This document shows, in pieces, positions 30,847-44,932 of a stretch of 64,000 bases of DNA (its first letter is position 1; the number at the start of each line of letters is the position of its first letter). Source of the DNA: Escherichia coli (GTDB lineage: Bacteria; Pseudomonadota; Gammaproteobacteria; Enterobacterales; Enterobacteriaceae); the NCBI RefSeq assembly GCF_045037415.1, contig NZ_CP173438.1. The stretch is one strand, 5' to 3'. The position numbers were made by a program, and so were the translations under genes. A model generated the notes under the pieces. The model saw only the letters and a program-made list of their open reading frames with translations. It did no database searches and was not told the origin of the DNA.

Positions 30847-31172
30847 TGGCTAACCTGCAACTTGCTGTTAAAAGTGAATACTTCGATGCCATGATTCGCG
30901 GAGAGAAAACGGAAGAGTATCGCTTGTGTAATGACTACTGGAATAAGCGAATTATGTTCCGGGAATATGACCGCCTGATTATCACAAAGGGATATCCGAA
31001 GCGCGACGATTCCAGTCGCAGAATTGATGTTCCGTATGACGGATATGAAGTGAAGACAATCACACATCCGCACTTTGGCGATAAACCGGTAAAGGTGTTC
31101 GCTATAAAGGTGAATATCAGCACTGAATATCAATCCGCACAACACAAGGTCAAGAATGTTCAGAGTGATTGA
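30843..31172 (+). CDS. Hypothetical protein (109 aa) in the exo-xis accessory region
   Basis: ORF with 4-nt overlap to the upstream gene (operon-like); MMANLQLAVKSEYFDAMIRGEKTEEYRLCNDYWNKRIMFREYDRLIITKGYPKRDD...; family not recognised. Confidence 0.45.
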   Translation: MMANLQLAVKSEYFDAMIRGEKTEEYRLCNDYWNKRIMFREYDRLIITKGYPKRDDSSRRIDVPYDGYEVKTITHPHFGDKPVKVFAIKVNISTEYQSAQHKVKNVQSD

Positions 31173-31395
31173 CCCTAACACCTGGTACGTCGACCACCAC
31201 GGCACTCCCTGCAAAATCCTGCGTTCTACCCACAACAAAGTTCACTACATCCGAAAAGGCAGAACATGTATCGCCAGCATGTTCCGCTTTAATCATGACT
31301 TTGAACCTGTGAATAAAGCTGATGCAGATCGGATAGCAGAAGAGATCGAAACGGCAGAACACATTAAGAAGTTACGTGACATGCGCAGGAAATAG
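31156..31395 (+). CDS. Hypothetical protein (79 aa) in the exo-xis accessory region
   Basis: ORF overlapping the end of the previous gene; MFRVIDPNTWYVDHHGTPCKILRSTHNKVHYIRKGRTCIASMFRFNHDFEPVNKADADRIAEEIETAEHIKKLRDMRRK. Confidence 0.4.
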   Translation: MFRVIDPNTWYVDHHGTPCKILRSTHNKVHYIRKGRTCIASMFRFNHDFEPVNKADADRIAEEIETAEHIKKLRDMRRK

Positions 31396-31534
31396 AAAAA
31401 TTGATAAATTCAATACTGCATTTCTCAGCATTAAATTTATCTCTATGACCAGTCAAGAGATGTACCTGCCATGAGCTTAATATCATGTCAGATATATCGG
31501 TCACAAACTCCCTCAGCAGCTAAGAGGAGGACAA

Positions 31535-31771
31535 ATGTCTCGACTAATCACTTTACAGGACTGGGCTAAAGAAGAATTTGGGGACTTAGCACCAAGTGAG
31601 CGAGTTCTGAAAAAATACGCGCAAGGGAAAATGATGGCCCCACCCGCTATAAAAGTTGGTCGCTACTGGATGATTGACCGAAATTCCCGTTTTGTAGGAA
31701 CGCTTGCAGAACCGCAACTCCCAATAAACGCAAACCCAAAACTCCAAAGGATAATCGCTGATGGCTGCTAG
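31535..31771 (+). CDS. xis: Excisionase (Xis)
   Basis: 78 aa immediately upstream of and overlapping int; preceded by gaggagg; MSRLITLQDWAKEEFGDLAPSERVLKKYAQGKMMAPPAIKVGRYWMIDRNSRF... resembles lambdoid excisionases. Confidence 0.75.
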   Translation: MSRLITLQDWAKEEFGDLAPSERVLKKYAQGKMMAPPAIKVGRYWMIDRNSRFVGTLAEPQLPINANPKLQRIIADGC

Positions 31772-32903
31772 ACCCCGATCTCACAAAATCTCTATACCCA
31801 ATTTATATTGCAAATTAGATAAGCGAACCGGAAAGGTATATTGGCAATACAAACATCCACTATCCGGTCGTTTTCATAGCTTAGGAACTGATGAGAATGA
31901 AGCAAAACAAGTTGCTACTGAAGCAAATACCATTATTGCTGAACAACGTACCAGACAAATATTAAGCGTCAATGAGCGTCTGGAAAGAATGAAAGGCAGG
32001 CGCTCAGACATTACGGTGACAGAATGGCTTGATAAATATATTTCTATCCAAGAGGACAGGCTGCAACATAATGAACTAAGACCCAACTCCTATCGGCAAA
32101 AAGGCAAACCCATTCGTCTTTTCCGTGAGCATTGTGGAATGCAACACCTCAAGGATATTACCGCACTTGATATTGCCGAAATAATTGATGCTGTAAAGGC
32201 TGAAGGTCATAACAGGATGGCGCAAGTCGTGAGAATGGTGTTGATCGACGTCTTCAAAGAAGCACAACACGCAGGACATGTTCCGCCAGGATTTAACCCA
32301 GCGCAGGCAACAAAACAACCGCGAAATCGAGTAAACCGCCAAAGATTGTCACTGCCCGAATGGCAGGCAATATTTGACAGCGTAAGCAGACGGCAGCCCT
32401 ATTTAAAATGCGGCATGCTACTTGCTCTTGTTACTGGACAACGTTTAGGCGATATCTGCAATTTGAAATTCTCTGATATATGGGACGACATGTTGCACAT
32501 TACTCAGGAAAAAACCGGTTCAAAACTTGCTATTCCGCTTAACCTGAAATGCGATGCTCTGAATATTACCCTTCGTGAAGTTATATCTCAGTGCAGGGAT
32601 GCTGTTGTTAGTAAATATCTGGTCCATTACCGTCACACTACCTCTCAAGCAAACAGAGGAGACCAGGTTTCTGCAAATACTCTGACAACGGCTTTTAAAA
32701 AGGCCCGGGAAAAATGTGGCATAAAATGGGAGCAAGGAACTGCGCCCACATTTCATGAGCAGCGATCTCTGTCAGAACGGTTATATCGGGAACAGGGTCT
32801 GGATACGCAAAAGTTGTTAGGCCATAAATCCAGAAAAATGACCGACCGATACAATGATGATCGTGGTAAAGACTGGATTATCGTAGATATCAAAACAGCA
32901 TAG
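31761..32903 (+). CDS. int: Tyrosine-family site-specific integrase (icd-targeting, phage 21/e14-like)
   Basis: 380 aa; C-terminal catalytic region (...HEQRSLSERLY...LGHKSRKMTDRY...) typical of lambda-family integrases; last prophage gene before icd. Confidence 0.9.
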   Translation: MAARPRSHKISIPNLYCKLDKRTGKVYWQYKHPLSGRFHSLGTDENEAKQVATEANTIIAEQRTRQILSVNERLERMKGRRSDITVTEWLDKYISIQEDRLQHNELRPNSYRQKGKPIRLFREHCGMQHLKDITALDIAEIIDAVKAEGHNRMAQVVRMVLIDVFKEAQHAGHVPPGFNPAQATKQPRNRVNRQRLSLPEWQAIFDSVSRRQPYLKCGMLLALVTGQRLGDICNLKFSDIWDDMLHITQEKTGSKLAIPLNLKCDALNITLREVISQCRDAVVSKYLVHYRHTTSQANRGDQVSANTLTTAFKKAREKCGIKWEQGTAPTFHEQRSLSERLYREQGLDTQKLLGHKSRKMTDRYNDDRGKDWIIVDIKTA

Positions 32904-32913
32904 AAAATAGCCA

Positions 32914-32951
32914 GTTTTGGGGAAGGGTTTTGGGGAAAGTTTTGGGGAAGA
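32914..32951 (+). repeat. Three tandem GTTTTGGGGAA(G/A)G repeats at the int/icd junction (candidate integrase arm-type sites)
   Basis: gttttggggaag / gttttggggaaag / gttttggggaag directly downstream of the int stop. Confidence 0.5.
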
Positions 32952-32961
32952 TTTTACATCA

Positions 32962-32993
32962 TCATAAAACAACGGGCGTGTTATACGCCCGTT
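32962..32993 (-). terminator. Rho-independent terminator of icd
   Basis: Minus strand: AACGGGCG-TATAACA-CGCCCGTT hairpin followed by GUUUUAU, 24 nt after the icd stop. Confidence 0.65.
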
Positions 32994-33016
32994 TCAATAT
33001 TTAACACATGTAGTGA

Positions 33017-34267
33017 TTACATATTCTTGATGATCGCGTCACCAAACTCTGAACATTTCAGCAGTTTAGCGCCTTCCATCAGACGTTCGAAGTCATAGGT
33101 TACGGTCTTGGCATTGATTGCGCCTTCCATACCTTTAACAATCAGGTCAGCCGCTTCAGTCCAACCCATATGGCGCAGCATCATCTCAGCGGAGAGAATA
33201 ATAGAGCCTGGGTTTACTTTGTCCTGTCCGGCATATTTCGGCGCAGTACCGTGGGTGGCTTCAAACAGGGCGCATTCGTCACCGATGTTTGCGCCAGGGG
33301 CGATACCGATACCACCAACCTGCGCTGCCAGGGCGTCAGAAATGTAGTCACCGTTCAGGTTCATACAGGCGATAACATCATATTCAGCCGGACGCAGCAG
33401 GATCTGTTGCAGGAATGCATCAGCAATCACGTCTTTAATGACGATCTCTTTGCCGGTATTCGGGTTTTTAACTTTCAGCCACGGGCCGCCGTCGATCAGT
33501 TCACCGCCAAATTCTTCACGCGCCAGTTGGTAGCCCCAGTCTTTAAACGCGCCTTCGGTGAACTTCATGATGTTGCCTTTGTGCACCAGGGTCACAGAGT
33601 CACGATCGTTAGCAATTGCGTATTCGATCGCTGCACGAACCAGACGTTTGGTGCCTTCTTCCGAACACGGCTTAATACCGATACCGCAATGTTCCGGGAA
33701 GCGAATTTTCTTCACGCCCATCTCTTCACGCAGGAATTTAATCACTTTCTCAGCGTCGGCAGAGTCTGCTTTCCATTCGATACCCGCATAAATGTCTTCC
33801 GAGTTTTCACGGAAGATAACCATATCGGTCAGTTCAGGGTGTTTAACCGGGCTTGGAGTGCCCTGATAGTAACGTACCGGACGCAGGCAGATGTAGAGAT
33901 CCAGTTCCTGGCGCAGGGCAACGTTCAGAGAGCGAATACCGCCACCAACCGGAGTGGTCAGCGGGCCTTTAATGGCAACGCGATATTCACGAATCAGATC
34001 AAGGGTTTCAGCAGGCAACCAGACGTCCTGACCATAAACCTGTGTGGATTTTTCACCGGTGTAAATTTCCATCCAGGAGATTTTACGCTCGCCTTTATAG
34101 GCTTTCTCGACTGCAGCGTCGACCACTTTCAGCATGGCTGGGGTTACATCTACACCGATTCCATCACCTTCAATGTAAGGGATAATCGGATTTTCAGGAA
34201 CGTTGAGTTTGCCGTTTTGCAGGGTGATCTTCTTGCCTTGTGCCGGAACAACTACTTTACTTTCCAT
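33017..34267 (-). CDS. icd: NADP-dependent isocitrate dehydrogenase
   Basis: 416 aa, [73 protein letters not shown]... matches E. coli Icd; known integration target of phage 21/e14-type integrases. Confidence 0.97.
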   Translation of the reverse strand: MESKVVVPAQGKKITLQNGKLNVPENPIIPYIEGDGIGVDVTPAMLKVVDAAVEKAYKGERKISWMEIYTGEKSTQVYGQDVWLPAETLDLIREYRVAIKGPLTTPVGGGIRSLNVALRQELDLYICLRPVRYYQGTPSPVKHPELTDMVIFRENSEDIYAGIEWKADSADAEKVIKFLREEMGVKKIRFPEHCGIGIKPCSEEGTKRLVRAAIEYAIANDRDSVTLVHKGNIMKFTEGAFKDWGYQLAREEFGGELIDGGPWLKVKNPNTGKEIVIKDVIADAFLQQILLRPAEYDVIACMNLNGDYISDALAAQVGGIGIAPGANIGDECALFEATHGTAPKYAGQDKVNPGSIILSAEMMLRHMGWTEAADLIVKGMEGAINAKTVTYDFERLMEGAKLLKCSEFGDAIIKNM

Positions 34268-34438
34268 TCACCTCTCCTTCGAGCGCTACTGGTTTGCTCG
34301 TCTGCCACCACGTTGCATATGCGTTTGCGTCCTGCGATACGGATGCTTTAGAGCAATTTTTTGTTAATGATTTGTAATTAGCTTGTCAATACTACCCTAT
34401 TGTTTGCCGTCATGAAAGATGCGCGTTATTAGGCTATA

Positions 34439-35092
34439 ATGCGGCAATTCATAATCTCTGAAAATACCATGCAAAAAACTTCTTTTAGAAATCACCAGGT
34501 TAAGCGATTCAGCTCGCAACGTTCTACCAGGCGTAAACCTGACAACCAGCCCACGCGTGTGATCCTGTTCAATAAACCCTACGATGTTCTTCCGCAGTTC
34601 ACCGATGAAGCCGGACGCAAAACATTAAAAGAATTCATCCCGGTTCAGGGGGTGTATGCGGCAGGTCGTCTCGACCGCGACAGCGAAGGGTTACTGGTGC
34701 TGACCAATAACGGCGCGTTGCAGGCGCGTTTAACCCAGCCGGGTAAACGCACCGGAAAAATCTATTATGTGCAGGTGGAAGGTATTCCCACACAAGACGC
34801 ACTTGAAGCCTTGCGCAATGGCGTAACCTTAAATGATGGCCCTACCCTGCCCGCAGGCGCGGAGCTGGTTGAAGAACCCGCGTGGTTATGGCCGCGGAAT
34901 CCACCAATTCGTGAGCGCAAAAGTATTCCCACCAGCTGGCTGAAGATCACCTTATATGAAGGACGTAATCGCCAGGTGCGCCGCATGACCGCCCATGTTG
35001 GTTTCCCCACGCTGCGACTGATTCGCTATGCGATGGGGGATTACTCTTTGGATAATCTTGCCAATGGCGAATGGCGAGACGCGACAGATTAA
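34439..35092 (+). CDS. rluE: 23S rRNA pseudouridine(2457) synthase
   Basis: 217 aa matching E. coli RluE; conserved K-12 synteny. Confidence 0.9.
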   Translation: MRQFIISENTMQKTSFRNHQVKRFSSQRSTRRKPDNQPTRVILFNKPYDVLPQFTDEAGRKTLKEFIPVQGVYAAGRLDRDSEGLLVLTNNGALQARLTQPGKRTGKIYYVQVEGIPTQDALEALRNGVTLNDGPTLPAGAELVEEPAWLWPRNPPIRERKSIPTSWLKITLYEGRNRQVRRMTAHVGFPTLRLIRYAMGDYSLDNLANGEWRDATD

Positions 35093-35101
35093 GGATGCAA
35101 A

Positions 35102-36723
<1,622 letters not shown>

Positions 36724-36758
36724 TTATTATCTTTACTTAAAACAAGGAAGCAGTGAAC

Positions 36759-37400
36759 GTGGCAAAGAATTACTATGACATCACCCTCGCCCTGGCCGGT
36801 ATTTGTCAGTCGGCACGCCTGGTGCAACAACTCGCTCACCAGGGGCATTGTGATGGCGATGCGCTACACGTCTCACTCAACAGTATTATCGATATGAACC
36901 CCAGCTCAACGCTGGCGGTTTTTGGCGGCAGCGAAGCCAACCTGCGCGTCGGGCTGGAAACCTTGCTCGGCGTACTCAATGCCAGCAGTCGCCAAGGCTT
37001 AAACGCCGAATTAACCCGCTACACACTCAGTCTGATGGTGCTTGAGCGCAAACTCTCCTCAGCGAAAGGTGCGCTCGACACTCTGGGCAACCGGATCAAC
37101 GGCCTGCAACGCCAGCTCGAACACTTCGATTTACAGTCCGAAACGCTGATGAGCGCGATGGCTGCCATCTATGTTGATGTTATCAGCCCGCTTGGCCCGC
37201 GCATTCAGGTCACGGGTTCCCCTGCTGTACTGCAAAGCCCACAGGTGCAGGCGAAAGTTCGCGCAACCCTGCTGGCAGGCATTCGCGCCGCCGTGCTCTG
37301 GCACCAGGTCGGCGGCGGTCGTCTGCAACTGATGTTTTCTCGTAATCGCCTGACCACTCAGGCAAAACAAATTCTTGCTCATTTAACCCCGGAGTTGTGA
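36759..37400 (+). CDS. hflD: High-frequency lysogenization protein HflD
   Basis: ORF 36753..37400; (M)[31 protein letters not shown]... matches HflD; probable GTG start. Confidence 0.85.
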   Translation: MAKNYYDITLALAGICQSARLVQQLAHQGHCDGDALHVSLNSIIDMNPSSTLAVFGGSEANLRVGLETLLGVLNASSRQGLNAELTRYTLSLMVLERKLSSAKGALDTLGNRINGLQRQLEHFDLQSETLMSAMAAIYVDVISPLGPRIQVTGSPAVLQSPQVQAKVRATLLAGIRAAVLWHQVGGGRLQLMFSRNRLTTQAKQILAHLTPEL

Positions 37401-38774
<1,374 letters not shown>

Positions 38775-38865
38775 GCCTCAAATCAGTGCCGGATGGCGAT
38801 GCTGTCCGGCCTGCTTATTAAGATTATCCGCTTTTTATTTTTTCACTTTACCTCCCCTTCCCGCT

Positions 38866-38882
38866 GGTTTATTTAATGTTTA
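38866..38882 (+). promoter_or_regulatory. PhoP box (direct repeat GGTTTA-n5-TGTTTA) in the phoPQ promoter
   Basis: ggtttatttaatgtttacccccataac about 60 bp upstream of the phoP start, matching the known autoregulated phoP promoter. Confidence 0.7.
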
Positions 38883-38942
38883 CCCCCATAACCACATAAT
38901 CGCGTTACACTATTTTAATAATTAAGACAGGGAGAAATAAAA

Positions 38943-39614
38943 ATGCGCGTACTGGTTGTTGAAGACAATGCGTTGTTACGTCACCATCTTAAAGTTCAGA
39001 TACAGGATGCTGGTCATCAGGTCGATGACGCAGAAGATGCCAAAGAAGCCGATTATTATCTCAATGAACATTTACCGGATATTGCGATTGTCGATCTCGG
39101 ATTGCCTGACGAGGATGGTCTGTCACTGATTCGCCGCTGGCGTAGCAATGATGTTTCACTGCCGATTCTGGTATTAACCGCCCGTGAGAGCTGGCAGGAC
39201 AAAGTCGAAGTATTAAGTGCCGGTGCTGATGATTACGTGACTAAACCGTTTCATATTGAAGAGGTGATGGCGCGAATGCAGGCATTAATGCGGCGTAATA
39301 GCGGTCTGGCTTCACAGGTCATTTCGCTACCACCGTTTCAGGTTGATCTCTCCCGCCGTGAATTATCTATTAATGACGAAGTGATCAAACTGACCGCGTT
39401 CGAATACACCATTATGGAAACGTTGATACGCAATAATGGCAAAGTGGTCAGCAAAGATTCGTTAATGCTACAACTCTACCCGGATGCGGAGCTGCGGGAA
39501 AGCCATACCATTGATGTACTGATGGGACGTCTGCGCAAAAAAATTCAGGCACAATATCCGCAAGAAGTGATTACCACCGTTCGCGGCCAGGGCTATCTGT
39601 TCGAATTGCGCTGA
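38943..39614 (+). CDS. phoP: Two-component response regulator PhoP
   Basis: 223 aa, [60 protein letters not shown]... Confidence 0.95.
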   Translation: MRVLVVEDNALLRHHLKVQIQDAGHQVDDAEDAKEADYYLNEHLPDIAIVDLGLPDEDGLSLIRRWRSNDVSLPILVLTARESWQDKVEVLSAGADDYVTKPFHIEEVMARMQALMRRNSGLASQVISLPPFQVDLSRRELSINDEVIKLTAFEYTIMETLIRNNGKVVSKDSLMLQLYPDAELRESHTIDVLMGRLRKKIQAQYPQEVITTVRGQGYLFELR

Positions 39615-41074
39615 TGAAAAAATTACTGCGTCTTTTTTTCCCGCTCTCGCTGCGGGTACGTTTTCTGTTAGCAACGGCAGCAGTAGTATTGGTGCTTTCG
39701 CTTGCCTACGGAATGGTTGCGCTGATCGGTTATAGCGTCAGTTTCGATAAAACCACGTTTCGGCTGTTACGTGGCGAGAGCAATCTGTTCTATACCCTTG
39801 CGAAGTGGGAAAACAATAAGTTGCATGTCGAGTTACCCGAAAATATCGACAAGCAAAGCCCCACGATGACACTAATTTATGATGAGAACGGGCAGCTTTT
39901 ATGGGCGCAACGTGACGTGCCCTGGCTGATGAAGATGATCCAGCCCGACTGGCTAAAATCGAACGGTTTTCATGAAATTGAAGCGGATGTTAACGATACC
40001 AGCCTCTTGCTGAGTGGAGATCATTCGATACAGCAACAGTTGCAGGAAGTGCGGGAAGATGATGACGACGCGGAGATGACCCACTCGGTGGCGGTAAACG
40101 TCTACCCGGCAACATCGCGGATGCCAAAGTTAACCATTGTGGTGGTGGATACCATTCCGGTGGAGCTAAAAAGTTCCTATATGGTCTGGAGCTGGTTTAT
40201 CTATGTGCTCTCAGCCAATCTGCTGTTAGTGATCCCGCTGCTGTGGGTCGCCGCCTGGTGGAGTTTACGCCCCATCGAAGCCCTGGCAAAAGAAGTCCGC
40301 GAACTGGAAGAACATAACCGCGAATTGCTCAATCCAGCCACAACGCGGGAACTGACTAGTCTGGTACGAAACCTGAACCGACTGTTAAAAAGTGAACGCG
40401 AACGTTACGACAAATATCGTACGACGCTCACCGACCTGACCCATAGTCTGAAAACGCCACTGGCGGTGCTGCAAAGTACGCTGCGTTCTCTGCGTAGTGA
40501 GAAGATGAGCGTCAGTGATGCTGAGCCGGTAATGCTGGAGCAAATCAGCCGCATTTCACAGCAAATTGGCTACTACCTGCATCGTGCCAGTATGCGCGGC
40601 GGGACATTGCTTAGCCGCGAGCTGCATCCGGTCGCCCCACTGCTGGACAATCTCACCTCGGCGCTGAACAAAGTGTATCAACGCAAAGGGGTCAATATCT
40701 CTCTCGATATTTCGCCAGAGATCAGCTTTGTCGGTGAGCAGAACGATTTTGTCGAGGTGATGGGCAACGTGCTGGATAATGCCTGTAAATATTGCCTCGA
40801 GTTTGTCGAAATATCTGCAAGGCAAACAGACGAGCATCTCTATATTGTGGTCGAGGATGATGGCCCCGGTATTCCATTAAGCAAGCGAGAGGTCATTTTC
40901 GACCGTGGTCAACGGGTTGATACTTTACGCCCTGGGCAAGGTGTAGGGCTGGCGGTAGCCCGCGAAATCACCGAGCAATATGAGGGTAAAATCGTCGCCG
41001 GAGAGAGCATGCTGGGCGGTGCGCGGATGGAGGTGATTTTTGGTCGCCAGCATTCTGCACCGAAAGATGAATAA
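39614..41074 (+). CDS. phoQ: Sensor histidine kinase PhoQ
   Basis: 486 aa, [55 protein letters not shown]... Confidence 0.95.
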   Translation: MKKLLRLFFPLSLRVRFLLATAAVVLVLSLAYGMVALIGYSVSFDKTTFRLLRGESNLFYTLAKWENNKLHVELPENIDKQSPTMTLIYDENGQLLWAQRDVPWLMKMIQPDWLKSNGFHEIEADVNDTSLLLSGDHSIQQQLQEVREDDDDAEMTHSVAVNVYPATSRMPKLTIVVVDTIPVELKSSYMVWSWFIYVLSANLLLVIPLLWVAAWWSLRPIEALAKEVRELEEHNRELLNPATTRELTSLVRNLNRLLKSERERYDKYRTTLTDLTHSLKTPLAVLQSTLRSLRSEKMSVSDAEPVMLEQISRISQQIGYYLHRASMRGGTLLSRELHPVAPLLDNLTSALNKVYQRKGVNISLDISPEISFVGEQNDFVEVMGNVLDNACKYCLEFVEISARQTDEHLYIVVEDDGPGIPLSKREVIFDRGQRVDTLRPGQGVGLAVAREITEQYEGKIVAGESMLGGARMEVIFGRQHSAPKDE

Positions 41075-41149
41075 ATATGTCCATACTTCACGCATTACGT
41101 TAAGCATCCGTTATAATCGGTTGCAGATACCAGCCTGTGGATGCTTAAC

Positions 41150-42271
41150 ATGGAATACCAACTCACTCTTAACTGGCCCGATTTTCTTGAACGTCACTGG
41201 CAGAAACGTCCGGTGGTGTTAAAACGCGGCTTTAATAATTTTATTGACCCGATCTCTCCAGACGAGTTGGCGGGTTTGGCGATGGAAAGCGAAGTCGACA
41301 GTCGACTGGTCAGTCATCAGGATGGCAAATGGCAGGTCAGCCACGGTCCATTCGAAAGCTACGATCATCTCGGTGAAACTAACTGGTCATTGTTAGTGCA
41401 AGCAGTGAACCACTGGCATGAGCCGACCGCCGCGCTAATGCGACCGTTCCGTGAACTACCGGACTGGCGTATTGATGATCTGATGATCTCTTTTTCTGTA
41501 CCGGGCGGCGGCGTCGGCCCGCATCTCGATCAGTACGACGTGTTTATCATTCAGGGTACCGGTCGTCGTCGCTGGCGAGTGGGCGAAAAGCTGCAAATGA
41601 AACAGCACTGCCCTCACCCGGATCTGTTACAGGTCGATCCGTTCGAAGCCATCATCGATGAAGAGCTGGAGCCTGGCGATATTCTTTATATTCCGCCAGG
41701 ATTCCCGCATGAAGGCTACGCGCTGGAAAATGCGATGAACTATTCCGTGGGTTTTCGCGCGCCAAATACGCGGGAACTGATTAGCGGATTTGCCGATTAT
41801 GTGCTGCAACGTGAACTGGGCGGCAACTACTACAGCGATCCTGATGTTCCACCTCGCGCTCATCCTGCGGACGTTCTGCCGCAAGAGATGGATAAACTGC
41901 GTGAGATGATGCTCGAATTGATCAACCAGCCAGAACATTTTAAGCAATGGTTTGGCGAGTTTATATCCCAGTCACGTCATGAACTGGATATCGCGCCGCC
42001 AGAGCCGCCTTATCAGCCGGATGAAATCTACGATGCGCTGAAACAAGGTGATGTGCTGGTGCGCCTGGGGGGTCTGCGCGTATTGCGCATTGGCGACGAC
42101 GTGTATGCCAATGGTGAGAAGATCGATTCCCCGCACCGTCCGGCACTGGATGCGCTCGCCAGCAACATTGCGCTGACCGCGGAGAATTTTGGCGATGCGC
42201 TGGAAGATCCGTCATTCCTCGCGATGCTCGCGGCGCTGGTCAATAGCGGATACTGGTTCTTCGAAGGGTAA
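41150..42271 (+). CDS. roxA: Ribosomal protein L16 arginine hydroxylase (JmjC/cupin) RoxA/YcfD
   Basis: ORF 41141..42271; from MEYQLTLNWPDFLERHWQKRPVVLKRGFNNFIDPISPDELAGLAMESEVDSRL... Confidence 0.9.
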   Translation: MEYQLTLNWPDFLERHWQKRPVVLKRGFNNFIDPISPDELAGLAMESEVDSRLVSHQDGKWQVSHGPFESYDHLGETNWSLLVQAVNHWHEPTAALMRPFRELPDWRIDDLMISFSVPGGGVGPHLDQYDVFIIQGTGRRRWRVGEKLQMKQHCPHPDLLQVDPFEAIIDEELEPGDILYIPPGFPHEGYALENAMNYSVGFRAPNTRELISGFADYVLQRELGGNYYSDPDVPPRAHPADVLPQEMDKLREMMLELINQPEHFKQWFGEFISQSRHELDIAPPEPPYQPDEIYDALKQGDVLVRLGGLRVLRIGDDVYANGEKIDSPHRPALDALASNIALTAENFGDALEDPSFLAMLAALVNSGYWFFEG

Positions 42272-42319
42272 GTTTGGATTTAAGCCGGATGCGGCATCAC
42301 ATGCCGCATCCCTTTTCGC

Positions 42320-43546
42320 TTACTTCCGTTGCGCCGTCAACTCGGCAATACGGACGATCACCTGCACCGCTTTTTCCATACCTTCCAGAGTCACAAACTC
42401 ATGCTTACCATGATAGTTGTAACCGCCAGTGAACAGGTTCGGGCACGGTAATCCCATAAACGACAACTGCGCGCCGTCGGTACCGCCGCGGATCGGTTTC
42501 AGTTCCGGTTCAATATCGCAGTCACGCATCGCCTGCTGGGCGATATCGAGAATATGCGGATGCTCAACCACTTTCTCGCGCATATTGTAGTAACTGTCTT
42601 CAATCACCAGTTCAATGTAGCAATCAGGATGTAACCCTTTGCCCACTTTTTTGGCGATCTCCATCATTTTACGTTTACGCGCTTCAAACTGTTTACGGTC
42701 GAAATCACGGATGATGTAGTGCATATCGGCCCGTTCAACGGTGCCTTTCATGCTCGCCAGGTGATAGAAACCTTCATAGCCTTCTGTCATTTCCGGGCTT
42801 TCATCCGCCGGAACTTCCGCATGAATACGTGCCGCCAGCGACAGCGCATTTACCATCACTCCTTTCGCCGTGCCCGGGTGAACATTGTTACCGACAATTT
42901 TGATATTGACCGACGCGGCGTTGAAGTTTTCAAACTCCAGTTCACCTACGCCACCACCATCAACGGTGTAAGCCCAGCGGGCATCGAAGGCGTCAACATC
43001 AAAATGTTTCGCCCCTTTGCCCACTTCTTCATCCGGGGTAAAGGCGACGCGAATATCACCATGCGGAATGTTTTTTTGTTGCAATACCGCCAGCGCGGTC
43101 ATGATTTCTGCAATACCTGCTTTGTCATCGGCACCTAACAAGGTTTTACCATCGGTGGTAATCAGCGTCTGACCCAGTAGCTGATGCAGCACCGGGAACA
43201 TAACCGGTGATAAAACTTCATCGCCGATACCCAGCGCAATATCGCCACCGCGATAGTTTTCAACAATTTGCGGATTCACATTTTTGCCGCTGCAATCCGG
43301 TGAGGTATCCACATGAGAAATAAAGCCAATCGCCGGGATATCGCCAGGGACGTTAGCCGGTAACGTCGCCATCAAAGTGCCCTTCTCACTTAAGGTCACA
43401 TTGATAAGCCCCATCTCTTCGAGCTGCTCTTTCAGCAGATGCAATAACTTCCATTGGCCTTCCGTGCTGGGAACCTGTCTCACCCCTGCCTTTGATTGGG
43501 TATCAAGAGACACGTAGTTCAAAAATCGCTCAAGTAGTTTATCCAT
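42320..43546 (-). CDS. pepT: Peptidase T (tripeptide aminopeptidase)
   Basis: ORF 42320..43588; from [47 protein letters not shown]... Confidence 0.95.
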   Translation of the reverse strand: MDKLLERFLNYVSLDTQSKAGVRQVPSTEGQWKLLHLLKEQLEEMGLINVTLSEKGTLMATLPANVPGDIPAIGFISHVDTSPDCSGKNVNPQIVENYRGGDIALGIGDEVLSPVMFPVLHQLLGQTLITTDGKTLLGADDKAGIAEIMTALAVLQQKNIPHGDIRVAFTPDEEVGKGAKHFDVDAFDARWAYTVDGGGVGELEFENFNAASVNIKIVGNNVHPGTAKGVMVNALSLAARIHAEVPADESPEMTEGYEGFYHLASMKGTVERADMHYIIRDFDRKQFEARKRKMMEIAKKVGKGLHPDCYIELVIEDSYYNMREKVVEHPHILDIAQQAMRDCDIEPELKPIRGGTDGAQLSFMGLPCPNLFTGGYNYHGKHEFVTLEGMEKAVQVIVRIAELTAQRK

Positions 43547-43795
43547 GTAGTCACCCTCACTTTTTGTGACAACATTATTAAGAAGCAAGAAAAGACAAAT
43601 ATTGCGTCAGGTCACTTTTAGCCCTGCAAGCGGGAATATTTATCAGCATTACCTTAATGAATATAAAGCTAAGCCAGTAATTCACAACAAAGATTGGCGA
43701 TTCAAGCGGTTTGCCGTAGAATTACCGCCCTCATTAAGAGTCACCAAGGTGGTTAACCACAAACCCCGCATCGGTAAGCCATCCGTTGCGTTTAC

Positions 43796-44932
43796 ATGGG
43801 ACAGAGTAAAAAATTGAATAAACAACCGAGTTCGCTTTCACCGCTGGTGCAATTGGCGGGAATTCGCAAATGCTTTGATGGTAAAGAGGTCATTCCCCAG
43901 CTGGATCTGACTATCAACAATGGCGAGTTCCTCACGCTGCTTGGCCCTTCTGGCTGCGGTAAAACAACCGTTCTTCGCCTGATTGCAGGTCTGGAAACTG
44001 TTGATTCCGGACGCATCATGCTGGATAACGAGGACATCACCCACGTTCCGGCGGAAAACCGCTATGTGAACACTGTTTTCCAAAGCTACGCACTTTTCCC
44101 CCACATGACCGTGTTCGAAAATGTGGCCTTTGGGTTGCGCATGCAAAAAACCCCCGCAGCTGAAATTACGCCCCGCGTGATGGAAGCCCTGCGGATGGTG
44201 CAGCTGGAAACCTTCGCTCAACGCAAACCGCATCAGCTCTCTGGTGGTCAACAGCAACGCGTCGCCATTGCTCGCGCGGTGGTTAACAAGCCTCGTCTGT
44301 TGTTGCTGGATGAGTCGCTCTCAGCGCTGGATTACAAACTGCGTAAGCAAATGCAGAACGAGCTGAAAGCGTTACAGCGTAAGCTTGGCATTACATTCGT
44401 GTTCGTAACTCACGACCAGGAAGAAGCACTTACCATGTCGGACAGGATCGTGGTGATGCGCGATGGTCGCATTGAGCAAGACGGCACGCCGCGTGAAATC
44501 TACGAAGAGCCGAAAAACCTGTTTGTTGCCGGGTTTATTGGCGAAATCAATATGTTTAACGCCACTGTCATCGAACGTCTCGACGAGCAGCGCGTACGCG
44601 CCAACGTTGAAGGCCGCGAATGTAATATCTACGTTAACTTCGCCGTTGAACCGGGGCAAAAACTGCATGTTCTGCTGCGCCCGGAAGACTTACGTGTTGA
44701 AGAGATTAACGACGACAACCACGCCGAAGGGCTGATTGGTTACGTTCGCGAGCGTAACTACAAAGGCATGACGCTGGAGTCGGTTGTTGAGCTGGAAAAT
44801 GGCAAGATGGTGATGGTCAGCGAATTCTTCAATGAAGACGATCCTGACTTTGACCACTCTCTCGACCAAAAAATGGCCATTAATTGGGTAGAAAGCTGGG
44901 AGGTCGTACTGGCTGATGAAGAACACAAGTAA
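43796..44932 (+). CDS. potA: Spermidine/putrescine ABC transporter ATPase PotA
   Basis: 378 aa; Walker [13 protein letters not shown] signature LSGGQQQR. Confidence 0.95.

Noticed and set aside
32914-32951. Short tandem repeats (GTTTTGGGGAA x3), considered as a possible CRISPR array
   Set aside because: Only three contiguous 12-13 bp units with no spacers and no cas genes; the position next to int fits integrase arm sites instead. The O-gene iterons (25068..25179) were likewise not CRISPR.
33170-34351. 393-aa plus-strand ORF
   Set aside because: Lies entirely antisense to icd, whose product matches Icd over its full length; its amino-acid composition is typical of a shadow ORF.
42270-42330. 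Palindrome gccggatgcggcatcacatgccgcatccc between roxA and pepT, considered as a mobile or novel element
   Set aside because: Ordinary bidirectional intrinsic terminator between convergent genes, at a conserved backbone position.
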